A stretch of DNA of 64,000 nucleotides from Adineta vaga. Its lineage: Eukaryota > Animalia > Rotifera. Of this stretch, positions 12,312-25,824 are shown piece by piece. Made by a program: the position numbers and the translations under genes. Positions within the stretch are counted from its first letter, which is position 1, and each line of letters opens with the position of its first letter. The notes under the pieces were generated by a model. It saw only the letters and a program-made list of their open reading frames with translations. It was not told the origin of the DNA and searched no databases. The stretch is from contig CP075494.1 of NCBI GenBank assembly GCA_021613535.1, positions 14,756,001 through 14,820,000 on the forward strand, given 5' to 3'.

Positions 12312-15300
12312 TCAAGTATATGTGACTGGCTTTTGACGTGGTTTAATCTTTTCCGATTGTATCCATTGTGCTTCTTCATTCATATAATCATCAAAATTAT
12401 TAAAAAAATATAAAATACGATCGTTACGAATGAATTTATATTCCCTACAAGAGTCAATCAAAAAGATTAGGAAATTTTTAAAGCAGTTTCTTTACAAACC
12501 ATTTTCGACAATAACGAAGTTTATGTAAAATCGTAAATTGTTGCCAACGTTTCCAAAAATTAATAATACGATCATCTTGTAAATAATCAGAATTGCCAAT
12601 ATGAACAAATGTTAAATCCGATAGAATTAAACCACTGAAAGAAAGAACGATCCTAAATGGATAGTTATTTGATTTATGACTTACATATAGGGAATACATG
12701 GATGACCCACCGATGCATTTAAAGCTTCACGATAGTTTTTAAAAGAACCAGTACTATCAATAAGATCAGTGTGTTCACAAACAGTCTAGAATGATTGTAT
12801 GTTGGAATAGATTGATTGAAATATTTAATCTTACTTCGCTGATATTTTTAGACCAATGTAATCGTTTCAATGGTCCAGAATCTAATGCAGACAGAATAGC
12901 TAAATAGGAATTGAAATTATTCAATCGTCTTAAATGCTAGAAGAGAGAAAAAATACAGTTTGAATTATAAGTCATTGTATGAAATAATGAAAATTACTTT
13001 GAGAATTTTGAGAAATTTCTCAAAATAATTTTCACGTTGTCGTTGAGAATTTTGTTCAAGTATTCGAGATCGTACCCTATGAAGAACGACAAATAGTTCT
13101 CCTCTATACAAATAATGTTTACAATTCTTCTTACCAATAGGATATATTATTAAAATGTTCAGTAAATACTGCTAAATTAGGAGAATATTCTTCTCCTTTT
13201 TCAATAGACATGTACAAAATTTCGGATAATTGAATTTTAAAAAATAATTCTGAATCCATTAATGTTAACTGTTCACTTAGATCAATTGATTGAAAATCAA
13301 GTAGAGTTGCTCGTTTTGATGAAATAGAATTTTGTATAAAAACAATATCTGGTTGAGATTGATCAGAATTATTTTGTGATTTATTAAATCGTTCAAGTGA
13401 TTTACGTCGAAGAAGTTTACTTAATTGAAGTTCACCTTGACGAATAAGTGTTGTAACAAAATGTGACAATTTTTTCATCAAAGTCTCAGACAATTCATTA
13501 CTAAAATATAATCAAATTATCAGGTCATCAAATCTATGAAAGCATTCTTCAAAAGGATTAATTCATATGATACTTCCGTTGCTAAGCTTATGAAAGGATT
13601 AATACTACTTATTTCATAGAATGTAAAACTTATAGTCAGTAATGAATACAAAAAAAACTTACTCGATTTCATCGATAACACGAATAAGTAAAGAAAAAGC
13701 ATGTCGAGCAACTTTCTTCTTCGTATCAAATTGTGCAAAGAATGTATAACGTTGATTAAGTTTGTCAATTAAATCACTCGGAGAAAGAAATGTACGATAG
13801 GTTGTAAGAAATGTTTCTTGATAAAGAAAATCTATCAAAATCAACATATTTACATTTAATAAGACAATCAAAATAGATTACCTTTTTTATCCGATGATGT
13901 AGCTCGAATAATCAATGCATCAATTGTACCACCACGTAATGGAGGATCTTCATTCTATTAAAATTTGATCGAATTAAATATGAAGATAAAAAAAAAATAA
14001 ACAAGTTTTCCTTACCAGATTAAAAACTAATAAATGTGATATACTTTCGAGAAAAAGATCACCTGCATATCGATTATTTCCTTCATGATTGTATTTTGTT
14101 AAACGATCGATCGAAAGATGATTCATTGTACTTTCTTTTATTGTTAAACATTCTTCACTATTTGAAAAGATTTGTGTTTGTGGAAAATGTTGATGAACTT
14201 GTTCGAATAAATCTTCAAAACGTCGTTGTGATGGAGTGAGATAACATGTATTACGAACAAATGATTCCGCTTCATTTTGATCATATCGATTGAATAATGA
14301 CATATATGCTCGAGCTAAAAATCAAAGTAAATACAAATGATGCGTAGAAATCTATTTGAAAATATTTATTTTGAGATCTGACGTCAATCGAGATTATCTC
14401 ACAGGATCTTTCTTCTCTTCCGTTTCCGTCTGCATAGTGCTGTGATAAGTTTTTTTTTTGACGCAGTTACATTTCCGATTTTATTTTATTAACAAATACA
14501 ATTACCGATCTGTCGTTTTGGTGGTAACGGTGGTGGACTATTTGGTAAATTTGTTGATTGATATTCTGTAATATTGCTGAAAGTATTTTGTTGATTAGTA
14601 AAACTATCTCGCAAGGAATATCTGGCTGAATGTCTGTCGTATATGGCATCGATACTATTACGACGACATGATGATAAATAAGAATGATTTTGTTGAGATA
14701 TATAATCAGATGATGGTGAACGTATAGTAGTTTTAGCACGAACAGCATCATCAAGTTCACGTGTATATTTCTCGATGATCTGATTGATATCATCAACAAT
14801 TAATTGAATACGTTCTTCATTATTAAATTCGTATGCTGGAGGATATAGTAGAGAATTTGGACTTGCATTATTTCGAGATCGTGTTGATATTATCGATGCT
14901 GTTGAACTCACCGGACGTTTTTCTCGTTTTGGAGGAAGAGTAGGAAGAGAATCTTCCATCGAACTAGAATACCAATGTAATAAATATGATATTTCAATAT
15001 TTATTCGATGAATTACTTATTAAATGATTGAAAACTTTGTACTGATTCTGATCGAGTTTGTATCGTTGAATTGATACAAATCTACGACAAGAAAAGAAAA
15101 CGAATTTATATATTTTGAAATCGTTTTGTTCGCACTTTCACAGCTGACATAAGATCTTTAGCAAGTTTTCGATATCGATCATCATCATTAATTTTTGAAA
15201 AAAGTAATTTATCCGACCATTCGATTAAGTCCGCTAATAAATGATAGATATCAAATAAAATATACGTTCTAACGAGAAAATTCAAACATGTGTAAATAGT

Positions 15301-15755
15301 TTGTTCTTTTTTGACAAAAATATTTGCTTTACCTATATGAATCTGATTGAAATTCGACGATTCCTTTCAAGATACTATCAATATCGAAGATATTATCAAT
15401 CAATGATGTCATAATATTAGCTAAGATTTCTAGTTTATTATGTGTTAAAACTTGATCAAGATAACTTAAAGATTGGTAAACGTCTTTTTCACATTTATGT
15501 AATCGTTCATAATATGTTTGTGTCGTCTAAATAGACAAAAAAAAGAATTGAAGAAGAAAACACAATAAACAAACGATCGTTTATTTGATTACAACATACC
15601 GATAATGAATCGTTACTAATCAATGAATTCCGATCATTTTTTTTGTTTGATCGACTTGTATTCCAATGATATCCATTTGTTGAATCGGTTTTAATATTAT
15701 AACGATTGACCATATCACCAATAACACGGCGAAATGAGTTTCGAGAAACAGGCAT
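12312..15755 (-). CDS. RAPGEF1: Rap guanine nucleotide exchange factor 1 (C3G)
   Basis: Crk-SH3-type motifs LPTLPPKR and PPPLPPKR; RAYMSLF; REM (LRGGTIDALI, FLYQETFLTTYRTF) and CDC25 domain (SPNLAVFTEHFNNISYW, NNFNSYLAILSALDS, CIPYIGLILSDLTFVHIGN, INFWKRWQQF). Confidence 0.92.
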
Positions 15756-17518
15756 TGTTTTAATTTGATTAACACGAGATTGTTATGACGTAAAAATGGC
15801 AGTGGATAGCAGGAAGAAAAATCTCACTTATTCAATGAGCAATATGTTCGAGTGATGCCAACAGCGGTGCATTGAACTGTTGTCAATGCTCTCACAAGCA
15901 GGTCAATGACGTGAGTTCGTAGTTGCAAGAGCAAAGAATAACATTGCTTCTCGCCAATACCGATCAATCATCATCATTATAGTCGTCGTCGTCGGCTTTT
16001 CTATCGTCGTGTATGGTCTAGTAATGATAGTAATGCACACGAGCGTTCGCTGAACGGAATCATAGTATGGAATCTATCATTATCTGGAGAAGTTGATAGG
16101 AAAAGAAACAGAATAGAAAAGAGAAAGAAAATGAGATGTGCTGTAACATATTCTCCATATGTAGAGATGTATGAGAAGCAATAAACAAAACTAGTTGTTC
16201 AACACTCTACTCATTAGATCTGATGAAGGGAAAAAATGATGTGTTGACAGGTTCTTTTCTTGGAAGAAAAAGGGATGTTCGCTTGTCTATCGATTAAGAC
16301 TAATGATAGGTCAAATTCTTCATAAATGATCCTTCAACTTTTATTTTTACCTACGATCATAAAAACATAGATGAACAGCGAAAAAAATTCAATTAGGTAA
16401 ATAGATCTTCTTATGAATATTTGATGAGATATCATTAATCAAAATTCAGTAGAACAAATATCATATACATCTTTCAGTTTGACTACTATTATGTTGAATG
16501 TAGATCTATCATTGTCATGTTTTCAATAAAATTAATTCGATTGAATAATGAAAAGAAATATGAGAGAATATATATACTATCAATGATTAATTGCAATGCG
16601 ATCAAAAAGATAATAAAAGAAAAAACATAGTTGAAAATATCAATCAATAATTAATATTCTCTTATTAAAATCTTTAGAGAATTTTTTTATTTTATTTCTC
16701 TCATGATCTAAATAGTATAATTAAAAAATCTTTTCCCTCAAAAATACAATAATTCACTTGAGATATTATGAATCTAATTAATATGGTAGTTAAAACTATT
16801 ACAATGGTTCGTATATACGCATTAGTTAGACAGTTATATACTAAGCGAATTAAGATCTGATTCAATCGATTTATATACTTTTGAAGTCGATGAAGAATAA
16901 TGAAATCTCACAAATACGATCAATCATATACTGTAGTATAAATATTTCTATGAAGTTTTTAAGTTTAATATATGATTATTAATCACGCTTCGAATACAAT
17001 TTGCAAAAAACAAACGCCGACAGAGAAAATGATTATATAATATTTCTAAAATGCTCATTAAACTATTTTCTGACCTCACAAGGTGCCAACGCTATCTTTT
17101 ATCTTCACCGTACCACGTATAATCTAAATATCCACGAAATTTAACTTTATTTGATGGATTTTTACGATACTATATAGCAACACATAATTCAAAATGTCAT
17201 TCGAAAGTAAACGAATGTAGTTGATAAAAATGTAAACAATAATCTATTCCGATTGCTTGAGTGCTAGATGCATCTATCGAAACTTCTATCTTTATATAAA
17301 ATTCTATCAATAAATGGAACATTCTCATCCTCAAACAGTCCTTTTTTTGCTTTTCGCTTTCAATAAATGATTTAATAATACTTTGAAATGACGAAAAACA
17401 CTTTTAAAAAGCTTTTATGTATAAAGTTTGCTTGGAGTGGTATCTGGTCACTCTTATCATTCTTTCAGAAAAGAGTCAGCGAATGCAGAGGATGAGTGTT
17501 ACTTGTTAATAATCGAAT

Positions 17519-18069
17519 ACAAAATAACTATTGATGAAATGTTAACAAGTGAATCATTACAGAAACGCATCACTAAAGAATGTGAAGAAACTGGTATTGA
17601 TATTACATCACTTGATACATCATTGACTCATTATTCACGTACTATTCAGCAATGGATAGATATTAATAGTTCAAATTCAATTTATATAATATTTCGATAT
17701 TAAACTGATTTACCCAAAATGCATAGTGAAGAAGAAGAAAAGAAGAATGTTAATCAATCAGAATCATTTACAACTGAAGAACGAGTCGATTTTACGTCAA
17801 GAAAAATAAAAAATGATTAAAAACTAAAGTTGATACACAAAATTCTAAGATTGATAAATTATTACAAAGTATTGGAAAAATAAATGAAAAGGTTAATCAA
17901 CATATGGCCGCTTTCTTAAATGAATTATGTCAAGGTACATCATCATCATCATCACTAATAACATCTGAACAAGAAAAAGAATGTTTAAAACAAGCACTTG
18001 GTCATATAGGATCATATTATCAAGTCATGAAATGTAGCTATTTATGTCATATCACCTATTTCTTGTAAC
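17519..18069 (+). pseudogene. Decayed coding sequence of unknown family
   Basis: Protein-like frame MLTSESLQKRITKECEETGID... is interrupted by TAA at 17701 and 17818. It then shifts frame into DKLLQSIGKINEKVNQHMAAFLNELCQG...CLKQALGHIGSYYQ. Confidence 0.45.
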
Positions 18070-18285
18070 TTGACAATAAAATGAAAACATCATGCTGTAG
18101 AATTAAGATGAATTATTATACAAGTGTATTTTTTCATATAAATTCAATTAAGTCGATACAATCACCAAAAACCTTTTTTATTTTCTATATTCTAATTAGT
18201 TTTTCTTTAAAATACAAAATTTACTTTTTTTTTTATATAAATAAATATATTTTCTATGTACATTTATAAAACATGAAAAACTCTA

Positions 18286-19005
18286 TCACAATGCTATTGT
18301 TGGGCCTGTATATTGCAATGATTCTGTATAATATTCATCATCGAATATTCTTTTCAAAACATAATTTCCTTCGTTACCATTCACATCCACTGACGATATT
18401 GGTATTGCCTTATAACATGTACAATCATTTTCATTTGAATAGGGTGGACTCAAAATATCCAAAAATGCACAATGATCATTGTTAATTGTAGAAATTTCAT
18501 GAATATTCGATTGATTTGGATAGAGTACAGCTGTTTCCGATTGGCAATTGATCGATGTGGACACATGTCGAGTACAAACAAGTTCATCCGAATTTTTTTC
18601 AATTAAAACATTATAAGCATTTAAATGTCCATGTCCATCAAGAACTTTGATCAAACCAAACATGTGTGGATGATCATGTAACGGAATTCGATGATGAGAT
18701 TTAATAATGAAGATTCCGACGGATATGATCTTATCTTCATATAATTTCATATAAAAAACAGGTGCGTTAGACTTGAGAAATTTCTCCAGATTTCTTTCGT
18801 CAATTGTGTCTAATTTTTCATTTGTTTGAACATGATCAAACAATGTGAAATTCAAATCATATTTCGTTATTTTATTCATTAAACGTTTTAATGAATCGAT
18901 TTGATCATTTTGATCGAAATTCTTTTCATTAGTTGCTAATACATTTGAGAAGGTTTGCCGTGCTTGTTTAATCAATGTTAAGATCAATGAGGAAGATGAT
19001 TGCAT
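18286..19005 (-). CDS. ADO: 2-aminoethanethiol (cysteamine) dioxygenase, intronless CDS
   Basis: PCO/ADO cupin motifs SVGIF, IPLHDHPHMFGLIKVLDG, NIHEI, AFLDILSPPY. Confidence 0.93.
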   Translation of the reverse strand: MQSSSSLILTLIKQARQTFSNVLATNEKNFDQNDQIDSLKRLMNKITKYDLNFTLFDHVQTNEKLDTIDERNLEKFLKSNAPVFYMKLYEDKIISVGIFIIKSHHRIPLHDHPHMFGLIKVLDGHGHLNAYNVLIEKNSDELVCTRHVSTSINCQSETAVLYPNQSNIHEISTINNDHCAFLDILSPPYSNENDCTCYKAIPISSVDVNGNEGNYVLKRIFDDEYYTESLQYTGPTIAL

Positions 19006-19156
19006 ATCTGAAAAAGAAAATGACAAAGTTTACAAGACCTTGTTTAACTGATTAGTTTGGCTTGGTTCTTAGAAAAAGAAAAGAAAAGACAAAATGAACT
19101 TGAACTGGACTAAGTAGTATACACAGAAGAAAAAGACACAAAAATGTTGATAATGT

Positions 19157-22100
19157 TCATGGACGATGTGAACGAGATTTGAAATCAATTTGTTGAAGTA
19201 AAAGATCGAGTGGTAATGAACATGGTACACTTGAAAGAATTGATTGATGAAATAAATTGAGTTTTCGAGCAAAATTTTCATCGTTATCATTGGATAAATT
19301 TGGAAGATTGGAACAAATTAGGAAATAATTAAGGAGAGATAACAATCGACGACTTATATCAATAAGACTGATTCTAAAAGAATAATGAAGAATTCAAGAT
19401 GAAAACAAGATAAAATATTTTACTTTTTGAAATATTTGTCAGCTATAACATCAGTTAATTGATCACATAATCGGTGTACTTGAGATAGAATATTCGAATG
19501 AATACGACTTGAGAGTGAAGTCTAGAAAAGAATCGTAAGAGAATTTCATAGAAACTAATATCTTTAACTTACTTGTCCATGTCTAAGTTTATCAAAAATA
19601 ATCAATAATTCAATATATTGTCTTACAAAACCACCACGTTTATTCCAATGTGCAATAGTAGCTCGTTGATGATCCAATGAATCCAATACATCTTTGGCAA
19701 GGTCATAATTTCCTTTAAAAAAAAAGAAACGAAAATTTTATAGTTTCAAAAGAAATCTTTGACAAACCTTTCAAAAGTGTATCATGGAAAACATAATAAC
19801 AATAAGTATCATGTGCTCTTCGCCATTGTTTAGCATCAATCCAAAGTCGAACAGCATTCGTCCATTGTTTATCATATTCTGCTCGTTGTGCTTTTGTTGA
19901 AAGAATTAATTTCAATGGAATATTATATTTGTCAATTAAGATTTGTTCATCTTCATTCAAATCGATATTGGACGAAACATGACGATGGAGAAATTCATTA
20001 ATCATTTTCTCACGACTAAAATGATTTTTTTTTATAAAAAAAAACAAAAACAAATTGAATCTGATGATTTACTTTTGTGAATCATTAATATGAAGTAAAA
20101 CAAAAATGGATAATTGCCAATGACCAAGATGTTCAAGTTGCTGAGCAAAATTTACATGTAAACATGTATCATTTTCAATCAATAATGGACGACTACCTAA
20201 TGATTGAAGTGTAATATATAATATCCAACTAAAACATAATTTACCAATAAAAGACAATGAAAAAGCTAAGAAAGTTTTTCTTACCTAAGTTGATAGTCAA
20301 ATGCATTGTCTGTATAAGAATTTACATCGAATACATTGTCAATGGGATATGTATCATCGGTAAAGAGTTTCAATAGTTTCCAACGAAGATCAAGCGCTTT
20401 TGAATTACCATAATGAGTGATCGGTTCAAGCCAATAATGTTCACGATAAGCAGTTTCAAAATCATGAACAATTGTCGAAATGGAATCTGACGATGAATGA
20501 GCAAACCTAGAGAAAAGAAATACGAATATAATAATGATAGAAGACTAATTACCAAAGGTGTAGTGCTAATGCCATTTGCCAATAAACTGTACGATTTTGA
20601 TCAACTAAATTGTGACCTTTAACAATAAATTCACCGGATAGAATGGCGATTGTTCGTTGAAAATCTTTTGTATAAACATCAACAATCTAAGAAACAAAAG
20701 AAAAGTATCGTAAGAATTTATTAAAAAATAAAAGCTGCTTACATCTTCATGTGCACAATGACGAAGAACATCACGAACGGTATTACTACCCGATGCGGCA
20801 TGAACAAGTGCAGCTAATCGAAGATCACCTTCATCATGAGCAAATTTGACACAATCATGAAATAAACCACGAGATAATAATTCACAATTTTGCATAATCC
20901 ATTGCTAAACAATAGCAGAAAGATTAAAAATGAAACTGACTTTGTGATTTCACTTTACTTGCTGTTGACGTGGTTGACTTAAAATACATTGATGTAACCA
21001 ATTGGATAACATTTGACGTCGTTTTTGATCTTCAAAATAAGCTTGATTGATAATTTGAATATTTTCCGGTATTTCAATCGGTCCCCATAATAAACGACAT
21101 AGGTCAAGCACTTGTAACGAATAATCGGTTAATGATTGAATGGAACTTTGATCATCCATATTTTCTATGAAATAAACAAAGAAAAAGAGGTCATCAGCAC
21201 TATTCCTATAACTGTTGCGAATGTTATCTCCTTTGAAATACATATTAGACTCAACATCCCATGCTTGCTTAACAGATACAATAGAACGATTTCATAGAAA
21301 ACAGTTTATTAAAATCAAGATCAAAAACATTAGTCGTAGTTCATTATCATGTCTATTCTGCATCAATCTTACTTTCTTCTAAAATTTCTGTATAAAATTT
21401 AATAAATCGTTGAGCAACATTTGCATCTTGTCGAACTTGAAAACGTGGTAGTGTTCCTGGACCTTCTATTGGCTGTGCACATGATACGAAATAACTTTCG
21501 AGAAAATGACCCAATTCTTCAACATTATTTGTATTGAATTTCACTGGAGTTTGAAGAAGAATACGCGTTTCGTTTAAAGCTGAAAAAGATGAATCTCAAG
21601 AAGAAATTTTTAATGAATCGTTATGTTTTACTGTCAATTGATCCATATTGAAGTTGATGTGAAAAATTTGTTCGGAAATATTTTCCACGAATATTAGCAA
21701 CATTTTTCGGTAATTTGGTATATGTGCGTTCACGGATAGCTTTTATTGGAGCATTGAACGTTAATTGAGTTTTATCATGATCAACTGTAGTACTTTTTTC
21801 GATTAGAGGTTCTAAAGAAATACATAAATATTGTTTAATTGAAAATAAAAAAGAGAAATGTTTATTTACCACGAATTAATGGCATTGATCGATTGTCCGA
21901 TGTAATAATTTTTGTTGATGTAATCATTCGATCTAAATAATAAATATTAAGTATAGAAATAGATGTGAAGTACTTTTCTTTTTTTTACCATTTGCTTGTT
22001 GAAAACCATCAAAATCATCTTCGTCATCATCACAAAACATTGATTGAGCTAATTGTTCGACAACATTCGGTCTCAAACCAATCAATGATTGATTTGCGAA

Positions 22101-25100
22101 ACGTAAATTATTCGATTGTGATGAATGTTGATGAATTAAAGTTGTGGTATTTTCTTTTTCTTCCATATCCATTGCATGAGATTTCGGTGATGATAGCGCA
22201 TATGTATCATTCAATGCAATTGTTTGATCAAGAAAATTAGTATTGATCGGTCTTGACGGTTGTTGTTGCTGTTGTAGTTGCTGTTGAGATGGTGGTTTTG
22301 CAACAACAAAATCATCTTCACTACCATCAAGACCATAACGTGTAAAATGTTGAACTTTAAATGTCCATGAACCATCGGTAACTTCATAATTGATAAATTC
22401 TCCATCGAATTTTTTTGTTACTTCACGTAAATATTCACCATAATTCATTGCTTTAATACGTTCAATATCGAGGATTTCTTCTCGTGTTGTTCGATCAGTT
22501 GGATAAACACCAAGTAATGTAATACGAGCAGGAATATTTAATTCGACACCAACAGGTGGTTTATTACTATCATCAGGATAAACAGTTAATTCATGTCGAT
22601 CAATTTCAACTAGAAAAGGAAGAAAGTGAAATTTTAATTCTATTAAGCAGATGTGTTACTTACTGATTCGATCAAGATCAAGACCGGCAACATTCACTTG
22701 TCCATAAAATGTGACTGAACCATATTTTTCATGACCAACAGTAAATTGTTTAACAAAACATTGACCTTTATCATCAAAAAGTGGTTTTAATTCGGCTGTT
22801 GAAGGTTTCATATAATAATCTTCACGTGTTAATTTCGGTAAATGATAAGCACGTGCATCGCTATTAGATCGAGTTGGTTTTGTTCGTTGGAATGAATTGT
22901 TTGATGAAGAAGATAGAGGAGGTGGAGTATTTGATCGTGGTGGTGGTGGTGGGTGAGATGTTTGTGATTGAACAAGTGTTGATGATGGATGAGAAACGGG
23001 TGGTGAGGATTGTTTATGAACAATTAATGGAGTTGAATGATGAAGTGGTAACATTCCACGATTATTATCTAAAGAAAATGATACATAGAAATGTTCTTAA
23101 ATAAAGTTCTTAGTTGATAGACTTACTTGACGGATGTAAAGTTTGTTCATTGTGAACTGTTGTTGATGAAACATGAACTGATGCAGTATCGATTGTAGTT
23201 GATGATGTTGTTGATAATGGAGCGGATTGAACAGTCGATAGAATATGTGTATTATTATTCATATTTGCTAATGTTTCTAATTCAGCCAGACGTCTTAATG
23301 GATACAAGGAACGAATTGATTCGGATTGAAATGAAGAATCGATAAAATCGTTTGATAAACGTAATTTTGACATTTTATTTCTTCCCATTAGAATGACTTC
23401 TTCTTCTTCACTGAAATCTGCTGTCAATGGACTTTTAGCTTGTCCACTGGATGTATTTGATTGTGGATTTGGTGATTTCATTTCATCATTCGTTGTATTT
23501 GTTGTTGGTGATGATGAAACAGGTTGTAATTTAAAACGAAAATCAACTAATGGACGAGCAGATGACGTTTTACGGGCATTTGATTGTAATGGTAAAGTGA
23601 TTGGTGCTGTGGTCGATGTTGAAACAGTAGTTGTCGTTGTTGATGACGAACTCGAAACAACAATTAAGTTCGTCGGTGGCTGAATTTGATTTATATTATT
23701 GAAGTCTTTTTTTCCACGACTAGCAAATGGATTTAGAAGTGATGCAGCAAGAAAACTTTGTTGAGCTAATGGAACTATTGGTTGAACTTGAGGTTGTGCA
23801 GCAGCCACTGGTGCATTGAAAGCTGTTGTTGCGCCAAATGGAGCTGAAAAACCGAACGATTGAGTAGCTGTTGTAGCTCCTGCTGGTTGTGATTGTGTTA
23901 AACCAAAACCAGTAAATGGTTGAGGATTAAATATTGATGAAGTTGTAGATGCTGCTGGTGTGCCAAACATTGTTGGTGCAGCAGCACTGGTTGCTGTTGT
24001 GCTAAAAGAAAATTGACCTGGAGCTGCAGTTGCTGTTTGACTACCAAAACCACCGAATATTGGAGTCGCAGTTGCTGTTGATGTAGCAGGAGCACCGAAA
24101 ATACTTGTTGCTGTAGAAGTTGGTGCAGCGACACCAAAACCTGTAAATGCTGGTGTACTTGTTGCAGCACCAAATGCAGGTGCAGCTGCACTAGTTGCTG
24201 TACCAAAAATATTTGTCGTCGTTGGCTGAGTACCAAATGGATTCATTATTGCTGGAGCTGGCGCAGCTGTTGAAGTTGGTGTACCAAATATACTTGTTGT
24301 TGCTGCAGGAGCGACAGAGCCGAAAGGTGTTGTAGTTGTCGGTTGAGCAAATATACTTGTACTTGCAGTTGGTTGAGTTCCAAAACCAAATGCAGGAGTT
24401 GTACTAGTCGTTGTTCCAAAACCTAATGAATATGGTAGAAACAATCTTTTATATCTGTTAGAAAATAGATTTATAATTACCAAATGTAGATTGAGTAGTT
24501 GCTGGTTTTGCACCAAATGGACTTGAAGTTGTTGTTGTTCCAAAAATACTTGTTGCTGGTTGTGGTGCACCGAAAATTGATGTTGTAGCTGGTGTTGTAG
24601 AAGTTGCTGTACCGAATGGAGTTGTTGTTGTAGCTGCTGGTGTACCAAATATACTCGTTGTTGGTGCTATACTTGTACTAAAGGAAAATGGTGTTGTAGA
24701 TGCTGCTGGTGCACCTAAAAGATATATTTGATGACATAAGATTAATTATTTGATGAAAAGAATTATTTTATACCAAATGGAGTTGTCGTTGTTGTACTAG
24801 TCGCACCGAACATACCTGCTGTTGTAGGTGCTGTTGATGCAGCAGAAAATGTTGCTAGACAAAAAAAAATGAAACAATATTTCATTATGAAAAAAAATAG
24901 GTTCGAACTGCTGCTAGCACCAAATGGTGCTGGACTGAAAGGTGTTGTTCCTGGAAAACTTGTTGCACCAAACATAGATGTTGCTGTTGCAAATTTTCGA
25001 TTTGCTTGATAATCTTCCATACGTAATTCTTCTAAAGATTTGTTGACATATTCTTTCATTGCACATATACATTGTAATTTAGTATTAATCGTTTGAAATG

Positions 25101-25824
25101 TATTATTTTTTGTACGCATAGTATCTAAATGAAAATAAGACATAGTTTTCATTCTTCTTCTAAAGAAGCAAGAAAAAAAGAGAGGGTGATCATATACCTG
25201 TTGCAGCTACAGCTTCGAATTTTACAGTTGTACCTCCTTGTGTTGCTCCACCTAATGATGCACCAAACATACCAGTTGGCTGTGCAGGTTGAGCAGCACC
25301 AAATGTTGATTGTGTTGCACCAAAGATTGACGTGGGTTGAGCTGCTGGTTGAGTTGCACCAAATAATGATGTTCCACCGAAACCTTAAATTCCAATGATA
25401 AGAAATCTAGAAAGTTTATTGAATATTTTACCTGTTGTTCCAGTCGATGGTGTCGTTGCTGTTGCTGCACTACCAAAAGCAGTCGTAGAACCAAATGGAC
25501 GAATTGCTGTAGAACTTTGTAAACCAGCACCGAATGTAAGTGGTTGTGTTGCAGCAGGCGCTGCTGTTGTTGAACTGGCAGTTGGCGCACCAAATGTAAA
25601 TGTTGAATTTAATCCCGAAGGAGCAGCTGTACCGGCTGTCGGTGCAGGTGAGGAACCAAAAAGAAATCCGCTTGTTGCCGGAGCTGCAGCTGTCGTCGTT
25701 GTTGTTGTTGCACCGAAAGCTGTAAGATACAAATATATGATGAATAAAATGAAATCTTAATGAAATACATACGATTTGAAGGTGCCGAAGCACCAAATGA
25801 GAATTGACCGGTACCGCCGAACAT
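19157..25824 (-). CDS. NUP98: Nuclear pore complex Nup98-Nup96 precursor
   Basis: FG-repeat N-terminus; GLEBS (INTKLQCICAMKEYVNKSLEELRMEDY); autoproteolytic domain (LTREDYYMKPS, FTVGHEKYGSVTF, GSWTFKVQHFTRYGL); Nup96 region (FAQQLEHLGHWQLSIFVLLHI). Confidence 0.94.

Noticed and set aside
23393-25796. Several overlapping and antisense ORFs over NUP98
   Set aside because: Shadow frames of low-complexity FG-repeat coding sequence.
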